Assembly (NCBI GenBank): GCA_964019335.1
Contig: OZ025657.1
Location: 62,001 to 126,000, forward strand
DNA: 64,000 nt
Direction: 5' to 3'
From: Diplonema japonicum
Lineage: Eukaryota; Protista; Euglenozoa: Diplonemea
In this document: positions 12,686 through 23,765 of the stretch, piece after piece
Position numbering within the stretch: position 1 is the stretch's first letter
How the letters are laid out: every line of letters begins with the position of its first letter
The notes under the pieces: generated by a model
What the model was told of the DNA's origin: nothing
What the model saw: the letters and a program-made list of their open reading frames with translations, nothing else
Databases searched by the model: none
Position numbers and translations under genes: made by a program

Positions 12686-13252
12686 TCAATTTAAGGCGAC
12701 GTGTGTCGTCCGCCCAAACACCATTCTCTCTGGATTAATAGGCGGTCGCTTCTTGTTAGCTACCACATAGGTGTAGAGATAGTACAGTGAAAAGCAGATA
12801 ATGAGTCCGTGGACTATATAGGCGAGAGCCCAGTGAAGCAGGTAATGGATAGTGATAGGCACGGGGCAGGGCGCGTGGGTGGTTTGCATGCAGTGTATAG
12901 TCCGAATGATCTCGCTGAGGAGAGATTGGGTGTCGGGGAGGCTGTCACCATAGTTGCGGACGACTGCCGCAAGAAAGAATAAGGAAACAACCTTAAGGGA
13001 AATAAAAAGACACTTGGCCCAGTGCCAAAGGAGGCTGCTCCATTTGATCGGGCGCACCACGTACTTAAACCGTTCCTTGCACACCGAGCACGCCATTGCG
13101 TCCTTCCACGAAACCCCATTTTCCAACCTGTGCACCACATACCGCCGTAGGCACCCTTGATGCTTCCATTGCAAAGTTCCCACGCAGTTGCACGCCGACC
13201 CCACCCACCCCGATTCGGTCTCGTCAGAGAAGCATATAGAACATTCAGGCAT
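12686..13252 (-). CDS. Membrane-associated RING-CH (MARCH-like) E3 ubiquitin ligase
   Basis: CSIC..ACNCVGTLQWKHQGCL..CSVC RINGv motif followed by two hydrophobic segments. Confidence 0.85.
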   Translation of the reverse strand: MPECSICFSDETESGWVGSACNCVGTLQWKHQGCLRRYVVHRLENGVSWKDAMACSVCKERFKYVVRPIKWSSLLWHWAKCLFISLKVVSLFFLAAVVRNYGDSLPDTQSLLSEIIRTIHCMQTTHAPCPVPITIHYLLHWALAYIVHGLIICFSLYYLYTYVVANKKRPPINPERMVFGRTTHVALN

Positions 13253-13334
13253 CCTATGAAGCGTTACAACGTCGCAATGCAGCCCTTGTCAAGCCCTATC
13301 AGCTATGTTGGGTGTGGAAACACCCTTCACTATC

Positions 13335-14804
13335 CTACCTGAGGGCTGAGATCCAAGGGTCGGTGTCGCACTTGTATTTCTTTTGCAACGACTCATTCCG
13401 CTTTGCAAACCAGTCGCTGTCGTGTAGACGCGTCAACGAAACAGGAGGGGGCGCAGGGGACTGTTGAGGGCTGCTAAGCTGATAACCCGTGGGTGACACG
13501 GCCACAGGAGCAGAGAGCCTCGCGACGATGGCATCAATGTCGGAAAGCGGCAGCTTTCGTTTGATTTCCAGTTGTTTCTCTTCTACTAGTTTCTTGTGGT
13601 AGCGTATGATGTATGGCTTGCGCGCGCGTGACTTCAGCGTGCGTACTTGCAACCTCTCAAGTAGGTTGTTTTTCTGTGTTGTGCTGATTACCTTCGGCTG
13701 TGTGACATCCTCTTCATAAGTCTCACGCTCTGTGCTGTGCAGGTGTGTGAAATACGAGTCGAGATCCTCCACTGTTCGGATCAGCCTCTTGGCGTAGAAC
13801 TTGCAGGGTATCAGCTCTCCTACGCTGACCTTCTTCATCCCCTTCTTCAGGCTCTGATAGTGTTCTAGTGCTTTCCCTTTCAGCACAAACCCATCGTGCC
13901 TGTACAACTTGTGGAGGCCCTTCGGTGACAGCCCGTCGCTGCTGCAGCCCACATCTATGCAAATGTCATCGAAGGTGTCGCTGCTGACATAGGTCGCCTC
14001 TGCATTCCGCAGCAGTTTGTTGAACTCCGCCCTGCACAACAGCCCGTCCCCGTCTACGTCGTACTTCATGAGAAGGTATGTACAGAACTGTGCATCTTTA
14101 TTCTTAGTGTTGTGGATGGACTTCAAGAGGTGTTCGGGGGCAGGGCGGGGCCTCTTGGGGGACGATATACGTTGTTCCTGGCTCTGGTGTTCTTCTAGAA
14201 AACTTTCGATTGAACGGATGGGGAAGTGGTTGAGCCGCTGGCGTTTCGTCTTGCGGGACGCTGTACGTGGGGACGCGAGAGGCGGCGTGGGGTAGGCCTC
14301 GTGGATGCAGCCCATGTCTCTGAGCTCGTTTGTGCAGATGGCAGACGCAGCAGCCTGCTTGGAGTCGGTGTAGGCGTAAGATATGTCGGTGTTTGTACCA
14401 CCCTCTGAGCACCAGTCCTCGAGGTAACCTTGAGGTATGTAAGGACGAAAGACAGTAGGGATCTGGGACTTCACCTTGGGGTTCATTCTAAGGATCTTGA
14501 TGGTCGCGTCCTCCGTCCACGTGGTTCCCATTGCGTCTGGTGTTGCTTGGATGGCGTTGCTAATCGATGTGCTCCATCCCTTCATCTCGTGAGGCATCTT
14601 CCCTGCAGCCTTCACTTTGCTCCTCACCGACACCCTCCCTCCTGTCCCGATTGTCCAGAACCCCCCCACAAGCCGCAGCACTTTGTCCTTCCTCTTCCAA
14701 TACACTCCCTTTTCATCCTTGCACAAAGCATACCTCCCCGAAACGTTGTATCCGATGCAATGCCCTCCATTAACCAACAGCCATTGTGGGGGTTGTGGCA
14801 CCAT
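13335..14804 (-). CDS. EF-hand-containing hypothetical protein
   Basis: EF-hand loop YDVDGDGLLCRAEF. Likely start MVPQPPQW at 14804. Confidence 0.7.
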   Translation of the reverse strand: MVPQPPQWLLVNGGHCIGYNVSGRYALCKDEKGVYWKRKDKVLRLVGGFWTIGTGGRVSVRSKVKAAGKMPHEMKGWSTSISNAIQATPDAMGTTWTEDATIKILRMNPKVKSQIPTVFRPYIPQGYLEDWCSEGGTNTDISYAYTDSKQAAASAICTNELRDMGCIHEAYPTPPLASPRTASRKTKRQRLNHFPIRSIESFLEEHQSQEQRISSPKRPRPAPEHLLKSIHNTKNKDAQFCTYLLMKYDVDGDGLLCRAEFNKLLRNAEATYVSSDTFDDICIDVGCSSDGLSPKGLHKLYRHDGFVLKGKALEHYQSLKKGMKKVSVGELIPCKFYAKRLIRTVEDLDSYFTHLHSTERETYEEDVTQPKVISTTQKNNLLERLQVRTLKSRARKPYIIRYHKKLVEEKQLEIKRKLPLSDIDAIVARLSAPVAVSPTGYQLSSPQQSPAPPPVSLTRLHDSDWFAKRNESLQKKYKCDTDPWISALR

Positions 14805-15210
14805 TTTTTTTGTCCCCTTCCTATGCGTGGGGTGAGGAATCACACAACAGTACCAATAATTTCCCCCTTCCACACTGAAACCTGGGACACATAACCCCCT
14901 TACAACACAATAGGTCTTTCCTCGTTTCGTTGCCCGCTCTTCGAAAGGCTGAATGGGGAACGGAAATAATTGTGCTGGCCAAGGCAACTTGCAATTGTGG
15001 ATCCCATCAAAAAAAGAAGGGGGAAAAAAAAAAGAAAAGAACAGGTGTGCGAGAGAAGGGGGAAAGTGGAACCAGAAAGGGAAAGACCATTTCTTTCTCC
15101 ATTCTCTCTTTCTTTAGAACACGGTGTTAACGTAACAGAAAACGGTTGGAGGGGTGAAAAGAAAAAAAAATCATGGCACACGGGGGGACGGGGTAGAATG
15201 AACAGCCCTC

Positions 15211-18200
15211 TTATTCGATCTTCCAGGGGCGAACTGATGAACCATCGAAGTACAAAGATTGGGAAGGGAAGGGCACAGAGGTTTGGCGCTTGGAGGACAT
15301 CGGGGACCTGAATGGAGTGCAATGTGAAAAAAGAGCATACTTCTCGATGTATCCATCTTGCATAAGGGGGCGACCTCCTATTATTTGCGAATCAACAAAA
15401 TTGATGAACCTCAAGGTGAGCTTCTGCATGTTGACAGTGTGCTTGTCCATGTTCGTTTGCGTCAGAAGCTTGAAAGTATTCATCTGCTCAATGACATCAC
15501 CAGTCAGCTTCGGGTTGAAGACTGGTATACCAAAGCACAGCCCTTGCGGTACTACAGACAGCACTTCTGCGTCCACCATTGTTTGCTGTTGAGCCCCGTG
15601 TACAGGTGCGGGCAGCGCCCCTTCCCTCTCCAGCTTTTCTTCTTCCTCAACGATGAACGGGTTCGGGTGCTGCTTCCTCTTGAACCTCTCTTTGATGCTG
15701 TGAAATTCTTCATTCCGCTGCCTATAAAGTTCCGCCTTTCGCTCTTTCACACCAGTCGTGTTCACCTTACGCCTCTCGATTATCTTTAAAAAAGGAATTT
15801 AGAGAAAACCTTATTAAACAAAACACATACCAACTTGACATGCCCCACCGAGCACTGCAGACCAAACTCTTCTGTAAACCGGTTCATCAACAGGTCCTTC
15901 TGCTCATCTAACGACAAGCCGTTCATCCGCTCTCGCAAGCACGGTGCCTCCTCTTTCTCAGGCTGGTTCTCTTTGTCGGCAGTGGTTGTGTCGTCTTCAG
16001 GTTGTTCCTTGTCTTCTTTTTCCATGTTCAAAAAACTTGCTAACCCCTGAAGGGCAGGGTCAGCATGTTCTTCTGCTTGCAGAGGTTCCACCTTCTCCTC
16101 TTCACCTTTGCTTTCGCCGCTCTGCTCCTTCGCTGGCGACTCGGTATCAAGTTCTTTTTCTTCTCGTTCTTCTACCTTGCAATCATCTTCCTCAGCTTCC
16201 TTTTCCTCGACAGGAGGGGGCTTCCCGTGTGGGAATGGCATTGAGATCACTTCGAACCCTTTCCCCTTCTGATCATGAGGGACTAGCATGACAGGCTGCC
16301 ACTGCAGCTCTTCATTGATGCGCAGCAGGGCGTTCGATGTGTGCAAGACGATAGGGTGCGCGTCGAGAGTCCACGTGAACATCTCGATGCTCACGACGCC
16401 TGCTTCTCTTGAGAGACACGACGGCAGAGCACGCAGGTACACACCCCTGCGCAGGATGAGCATCTGGGGGCCTATGCCCGTCTGGCAGGCGATGAAGAGG
16501 CGGAACCAAGGAGACGCTACAAGCGTGATGGGATCACCGAAGTAGTTTCGCATGCAGCCCTTGGTGGCAAGCGGGCACGACAGGGGTGACATGCTGAACA
16601 CACAAGCGTAGTTCTTGTCCAGCACACGCATCTTCGTTTGTGGGTCCAGTGAATTAAGTGACTCGCTCTTCACCATGTCCAGCTTCCCATCGCATCCTTC
16701 GATATCCAGTGTCACGTTATGCCGCAGCCCCACAAGCACCTTCCGCAACGCCACGGCATGGTCGAAGTACTTCTTCACCTCACCTTCTTTCCCTTCGGAA
16801 GAAACACTGCTCAGCTGCTCCACCAACAAGCTCAACATCTCGTCCGTCATCTTCCCCGCCTCGAACAGCGTCACTGCATGGTCTTTCAGCACCCTGTCGT
16901 TTTGTGTTTTATTTACCGGTAAAGTCTTGTGCTAACTTTTGGCTACAAGCAGGAATTATACGGGTGAAGAAACAAAATGTCATTATTCCCAGCCTCCTTT
17001 TCAGCCTAAATCCAACCTAAAAGTGCCAGGTGTTATATTTAGCAAATAGGATTTTTCTCCGGGGGGTTCTATGAAGGAAAAGCAAGACTTTACATTAGAA
17101 ATCCGGAGCGTTGCATGCGGTAAGAGGTCGCAAGACGGGTGAACGACGAGAAGGGAGCTGGCTGGTTGGAAGCTCAAAGTTCGCCCTCCCTGAGAAAAGA
17201 GTGCAGACTTATAGTTGGGCGAGTCTTTGTGAAGAAGTGGGACCGAAACCGACGAAGCAGGGGGACACGCTTGCTTGGCTGAACCGGTTGAAGGAAGAAA
17301 AGCACTAGAAGTCAAATGCTGCTTCAAACACGGTGTTTTATTTACGAATCATACCCAAGATTCCCCATCATCAAGTACGCAGTCAGCTCGGAATCGAACA
17401 AGAAAGCAATTCTCTTCTTTCCGTCCTCCTCTTCTTCTTGGCTGCTAGTGGCCGTGCCTGTGTTGTTGCCAGAGTCAAGGTACTTTTCGATATGCCCCGA
17501 CCAGGTGGTGTCGAGCTTCCCTTCGTCGGCAAGGGACCTGAGGAGGGTGGTGCACTGCTTTTTGTAAGCCATCCCCAGACGGCAATAGATGGCAACTGCA
17601 TTGCGGATGTCCTCGATGTCCTTCTCAAGGACCTTGCTGAGCTGGCGGACAGAGGTTCGCTCGTCGATGGATACGAGGATGTCGTAGAGCAGCTTCTCGA
17701 AGGGGTCGCCTAGCGTGCGGTTCATCACGAAGTTGTGCAGAGGTGGGACCACGATGGTGTCGTCGTCGTCGATCTGGATGGTGGGGTACAAGAAGCCCTT
17801 GCGGTACAGGGAGTGCACGGCAGGGCGGTTGAGAAGGCAGGCTAGATACTCGCACCTAGTGGTCACCTCGTATTCTTTGCCAAGCGGGCGGCGTTGAGCC
17901 ACGCCGAGCTGAGATGCAGCACTGCTGGCGAACTTTGCAAATGCAGACTGCGAGGGGCTCTCAGGTGTAAAGCTCATGTCGTCGTGGCCTCGCATCATAG
18001 ACAGCACTTCGATCTCATCAGGGCTGCATTCTTTATATATCTTCTCACTGGAGGCAGTGATGATCATGGCCCACCACGGCTCGAGCGCCACGTCGCGAGA
18101 CATGGCTGCTGGCAGCGAGATGGACTTCGACTTGAACATCTTCTTAGCGCGTACCTTGTTCATGAGGTTGATGTACTGGTTCCGACCTATTCCTGTTAAA

Positions 18201-18589
18201 CGGAGGCAGTCTACAGCGGTGAAGTTGGGCAGTGCATCGTACGACTTCTCCGCCTTAACCATGTCGCTCAGGATGGTCTTGTAGTGTGTGAAGGGCATCA
18301 CCTTCACGTGCTGAAGGATCTGGAGATCGAACTTGTAAGGGTACATCAGATACCTCTCTCGGCAGATTTGCATCATCTTTGTGTAGTAATCTTTCTCAGA
18401 AAGCACCCGTCGCACGTCCCACGTGGCGCATCGCTCGTAGGGCCACTGGTTGGTTAGAGAATGGTTCAATAGCCGTGCTTCGTAGTCCCTGCTGCTCACT
18501 ACCCTCTTCATCTGCGGCTGAAGCTCTGCATACGGTAGCCCCCTTGATATGCTCTCGTTCAGCATTTCTTGTGCATTGAGCTGGTCCAT
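15211..18589 (-). CDS. FAM91A1: FAM91A1 homolog; introns 16894-17354, 15784-15830 and probably 15308-15340
   Basis: KSYDALPNFTAVDCLRLTGIGRNQYI, NFVMNRTLGDPFEKLLY and KRIAFLFDSELTAYLMMGNLG/VLKDHAVTLFEAGK match the FAM91 family. Three track ORFs join through GTATG..AG introns. Confidence 0.85.
16904..17345. mobile_element. 416-bp insertion (16917-17332) flanked by a 13-bp direct repeat GTGTTTTATTTAC (probable TSD), inside a FAM91A1 intron
   Basis: The repeat is exact at 16904-16916 and 17333-17345. Removing the insert plus one copy leaves a 32-nt GTATG..ACAG intron, the modal size in this window. Confidence 0.7.
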
Positions 18590-19289
18590 CCCCTCTGCTA
18601 GGGGCCCCAACCCTCCCCTTCGAAAGACTGGTGACAAGTTTGAATGAAAAACGGGCAAAAAAAAGACAAACATAAAGAAAAAGAAACAAAAAAACTGTTG
18701 AGAGGCAGGCATGTTTATCCCTTACCCAATTCTTCTTTTCTTTTCTTTTCCCCTTCTTTCGTTAGGAATGGGAAAAAAAAAAAAAAAATGGAAAAAATGA
18801 ATTGAAATTGCCCTTTTTTTTCCTCTTTTTTTCTTTCTTCAATTGGCTTCGCTCGAGACAAGGCGTGAGGATTAAACGGGGAAAACAAAACCCTCAAAAC
18901 ACAAAGTACTCTTCTCGAAACTAAGCAGTTTTTTGTTAGCACAGGGGAGAAATAGAAAAGAAGATGAGATATATGGAGCTCACGCCCGCTGCTCTCATAT
19001 TCTATGCATCTATCTTAGTCTGCACAAAAAACCATCACTTCATCCTTAAACACAAAAGAGCATACCGCTTCATTTTGTTCCCTTTTTCTTTTTCCTTCAA
19101 GTTCTCTGATAGTCGATCAGCGTACCTTAAAGTACTGCTGACCTTTTGTTTCTTTCCAAGCAATTACAAGCTCGGCATGCTTGACGGCGACCTAAGGTGC
19201 ACATCAGCGCAACCAGCACATCCTATGTTCTCTGCAATTTCTGTGCGACACCAATAGAAATAATTTCGTTTCAAACAATATCGTTCCCA

Positions 19290-20068
19290 CTACTGCACAA
19301 TACAAGAGGGACGCTGCTGAGGAGGCGCGGGGACGACAGGAGGAATGAACTGTTTTTTTTTTTTTTTTTTTTTTTTTTCTTTTTCAACTCCCCCCTCCAT
19401 ACTGTTTCGGTGTCGTCGTAAGCAGTGTCGATCTTGGAGAGAAGGAAGGAGAACAGCTGTGAGACGCCCTTGTTCGCCCGGGATGTGACCTCCTCATAGT
19501 GGCAGGCCCATTTAGATGCAAGGGCACGACCTTCTTCCTCGGACACTTCACGCTGGTCGATGAGGTCGATCTTATTAGCGACAAGAACAAAGGGAACAAG
19601 GGGGGTGTAGTTCCAGAGGTCCTGGTGGATCTTCTTGATCATATCGAAGCTGCATTTGTCAGTGACGGAATAGGTGAGCAAGTAGCCGTCTGTGCCTATA
19701 GTGTACTGCGGGTCGAAGAAACCACATTCGTCCTGCCCAACAGTGTCCAGTATGTGTATCAAGTAGTCGTGGCCATTGCGGTTCTCCACCTTGGATGAGG
19801 TTCTGTTCGTGGCTGGGTAGGCTTCATGGGAAAAGGTGCCTTGTGTGTATTGTTCTACGAGTGATGTCTTCCCTGTGTGTCTGTACCCGAAGATGCAGAG
19901 CTTTCTTTGCCGTATGAATGGTTCTTGCTTCCTTCTTATTGAGGACTGCTGTTCTTGAACCACCGCCCCAGCGTTTTTGAACGACAACTCACTCTCCGAA
20001 CTGTGCCCCACGCTCTGCGGTCTTTGCTTTAAATGATTTCCTCCATTATCCTGTGCCCCCTTCACCAT
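19290..20068 (-). CDS. Rheb-like Ras-family small GTPase; intron 19350-19402
   Basis: G1 GYRHTGKTS (Rheb-type Arg), DTVGQDE, ANKID. Splicing the GTATG..AAAACAG intron gives FIPPVVPAPPQQRPSCIVQ*, ending in a CAAX box. Confidence 0.85.
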
Positions 20069-20326
20069 GTAATGTATGCCTGGGTAAAAAAAAAAAAAAA
20101 AAAAAAAAAAAGGCGTCGTTGTTCTTTATTTAAAAAAACAAATAAAAACAAAAAAGAGGAGGGCGATGGTAATAAAGACCCGTGTCTCAGTCTTCTTTCT
20201 TTTTCTTTTTTTTTTTTCTTCTTCTTCTCCCCCCTTTTTTAATTCTTCTTTTTCTTTCTTTTTTTTTTTCACACGAATGGAGATGTTCCATTATTCATTG
20301 GGGAAGGAAAAAAAAAAATAGCTATT

Positions 20327-20918
20327 TATTAAATGAAAATCAGATAGCCTGATTTCACGCGTGGGGTCCCCTTTTTGACGAGCGAAGCGAGTGAAGTAAA
20401 AAAACGAGTCAAAAAGGGGACCCCACAAGTGAAATCATGCTCTGATTTTATTCAATACTGCATTTTATTTAATGATGAGCTGCTCTCGAAAAGAATTTAG
20501 GTGCTAAGCGTGGCTTCGCTGCTGCCTGCTTGTAGCGGCGCAATGCGCGATTGTAGCGGCGCAATGCGTCTTTACTGAACACGGTACTGGGTTTGGTATG
20601 ATCAATTCGGCGAATTGATGTTGACGTTTATGTCAAACGTGATTCTGTGCACTGCTGAAGAAGTGGGCTGTGTCGAAGGGGGCAGGGCTGAAGGGGCGTG
20701 GGTTTGATCGAGTGGTAGGTGCAAAACCTCTCCCACTCCTTCTTGTAGGCTACCTGATTTTCACGCCCAGCAAAATCAGCAACAACGTTTGGCTTAAAAA
20801 CATGAGGAAAAAATCAGATACTTTATTTGCCCAGGTCTGGGCGTGAAATAAAGTGAAACCTGATTTATATCTTCCGGCCTAAATTCTTTGAGAGAGCGTG
20901 CTCAGAATTAAATAAAAG
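20327..20918. repeat. Nested inverted-repeat element, possibly a non-autonomous mobile element
   Basis: Perfect 19-bp arms at 20361-20379 / 20408-20426 within a longer imperfect palindrome 20327-20457. A second IR pair at ~20463-20500 / ~20878-20917. A third hairpin at ~20811-20867. Tandem TGTAGCGGCGCAATGCG x2 at ~20532-20568. Confidence 0.75.
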
Positions 20919-22028
20919 AAGAAAAAAAAGAGAAGGAAAAAAAAAAAAGAAGAAAGCCGGGGGATTCTTTCCAGTGCTTTCTCCTTCGTTTTTTTCTTCT
21001 TTCTTTCTTTCGTTCTTTTTTTCTCCCCCTCCCTCTCTTTATAGTCTCCCTAGGTAAAAAAGAAATCTGTTAACACCCAAGACGAACAAAGAGATGTTAT
21101 CCATGACCATTACTGAGGATCTTCTTAAAGGACTGACTTGATCTTGCTTAGTCTTCTGAGTCATCTTTAAAAAAGTTGTCTCGATTTTAGTGGTGCCATG
21201 CAGTATGTGACACAGCGGCCACCCTTGTGAAACTTCGCCCCGAAGCCTCCCAAGTCCCCTGTGGTCCCGTAGAAAGTAAAAGTGGAGAGGTAAAGAAAGC
21301 TTGGAAATTGAAATAGGGAGAGGGGCCACAGAAGCAATTAAACACCAACTGGAGAGTTGTGGGAGGCTTGCTTCACTGGCACGATGCCGCGGGGAGGCTA
21401 CTTGCCTGACCTGGTGAAGCCACCTCCTTGTTCGATGTAATGGGATAAGGGACTCTCCGTTGAGGGCGATGCTAACTGGCGCCACGCGTAGGGTGGGCTC
21501 TCCACCCCCGTCCAGGTTTCCCCACGTGTACGGCTTTAGAACGAGAGTTTCCCTTTCGCTTGTGTTTCTCCAAACCACAATTACCAGGAACCACCACAGG
21601 GAGGTTGGAAACATTGGTCCCCCCCAAAAAAAAAAAAAGCATTTCTAAGTAACACAATCATCAAGGCCAAATAAGAATGTCCCCTCCTTTTTCTCTTGGA
21701 CGAAAAAGGACCATAGGGATTTACAGTATTCAACAAAAAAAAAAGGCTTTAATAACAAAAAAAGAATGTAACAGAAAACATAACAGCGATAGTATGAAAA
21801 GGTAATAATAATAAAAAAAAGGAGGAGAAAAGAGAAAAGAGTAAGAAGAACAAAAAAAGGGGGGTAATCAAATATGCGAGCCTGCGCATACCCTTGCGGG
21901 GAAATAAAGCCCGGTAAAAAAAATCGAATACGGGGGGGGGGAGCATTTTTTTCTTTCCTCATAAAAGGGAGAATTCATATTGCGTCTCCGCCCCCCCCCC
22001 CCCCCCACCTCTTGGGTAGCAAGCACAA

Positions 22029-22060
22029 TTACAATTTCAAGTAATTTTCCTCGATTCTGT

Positions 22061-22101
<41 letters not shown>

Positions 22102-22437
22102 CGCACACCTCCCATCTGCAATGTCAGACTCAAGTTGTTGGTCTTCAAGTGCTTTTTCCTTTTCAAATTCTTCGTAGTCCTGTTCTTGTTTTTCTCGGGC
22201 CTTCGCTTCTTGAAGTTCTCGTTCTTCACGAAGCTCCACCTCTCGCGCACTGCTCTCCTCCGCCTTTTGTTCGTCATCTTTGAAATCTCGCTCAAACTGC
22301 TTCAGCGCATCATCATCATAACCCATAACAAAGGGCGGCTGGTTAGGAGCTACCATGTCCTCCACGTGCGACCCCCGTTCCTTCGCAGCCACCTTGACTG
22401 AGACACCCTTAGTGGCGGTCGATTGCTTGCATCCCAT
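22029..22437 (-). CDS. Small acidic coiled-coil protein with predicted N-myristoyl/palmitoyl signal; intron 22057-22108
   Basis: Starts MGCKQS and is E/K-rich. A GTGTG..poly(A)..CACAG intron gives the C-terminus RIEENYLKL*. Confidence 0.65.
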
Positions 22438-23659
22438 CTTAATTAGTTGTACACAGCATGCGTGCCGCCTGTCGGTGGGGTGGAGGGTACTCTTGAGAAA
22501 AGTTGGAATAAAAACTTCTTTTTGATATCTGGTCTGACATAATCATTATTATAGGCACTCCCCACCCTCTCTGAAGAAAAAAGATTCTGAGATAAGTAGA
22601 ATGTGGAATCTGAGTAGTGCTTGGAGGTTATGCCCCCAGGCTGAGAGACCTTTTTTTTCTTCTTCTTCTTCTTCTTCTTTGCTTTTCGCCGCAAACCAAC
22701 TCGTTTTTCTTTTTTCTTTTTGCTGGAACAAGTACAAAAAAAAATATAAAAAAAATAAAAAAATACAATGCTTCACATCGTGATGGTTCGTTCTATTCTA
22801 TCCGGAGTTATGAAAGAAAAAAAAAAAAAAGAAAAAAGCAACTTGCACGCCCAACTAAAACCCACCTTAGCTAAGCAGGATTCGTAGCAGGGGGAAGGGA
22901 GGAGGGAAGAGGGGAAGAAATGAAGAAAATCTACATGTCCTTCATACCCATTACGGGATTAGGGGGAAAAAAATTGAATTGTTACCACCCCCACCCCCCT
23001 GCCATCACCTTGCTGGCAAAAAAACTTAGGAAGACAATAAGGTTAAAACTGTGAGGTTGGTGCTCGCCTACGTTGGTATTGTTAGCCCAATCTACAGGTG
23101 CTCCTTGCCTTCCTCTGTTACCTAAGGGGTAAAAAAAAAAACTAAATAGTGTCCCCCCCTCGCCCCCCCCAGCAAATACCATATTTTCCAGTTCCAGATT
23201 TAAAAAAAAAAATATTTAAGTTAACTTAAGAAAACCATATTACATTAAATTGGTTCACTTGTTGCTTTGTAGCAGTTCTTTGTTAAAAAATCTAAATAAA
23301 AATGACACAGCTGCAGTTTTTTTTTTTCTCTCTTTCTTTTTCTTTTCTTTTGTGATCAAGCCCCTTTACCTTTCCCTTGATTCATCCTTTAGTGCCGTTA
23401 CAGGATAAGCCCAGACACTCAGGTTCAGGAGTTAGAAGAAAATTAGGGGGGATGAGGGATGGGGGGATGCACAAAAAAGGGGGACAAGACACCGTGGTAA
23501 CATCTTGTTACAAGAAAATCACGGCCCGTTTCCCCCCCCTTTCCCCCCTTTTTCTCTTTTTTTCTCTTTTTTTTTTCCCTCTCTTTTTGCACGGAAGAGA
23601 AAGTAAAAAAAAAAAAAAAGGAGATGGGAAGATGGTGGCGAACGAAACTGAAACAAAAC

Positions 23660-23692
<33 letters not shown>

Positions 23693-23765
23693 CCTTCTTT
23701 TCTTCCTCTCCCCCTCGGTATTTTTCGTATTTTCCCTTCTCGTTCTTGCAGGATTGTCATCTAAA

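Noticed and set aside
21240-21510. AAGTCCCC..AGAAAGT resembling the RNase MRP CR-I/P8 region
   Set aside because: No convincing P4 partner or CR-V downstream; the match is too short.
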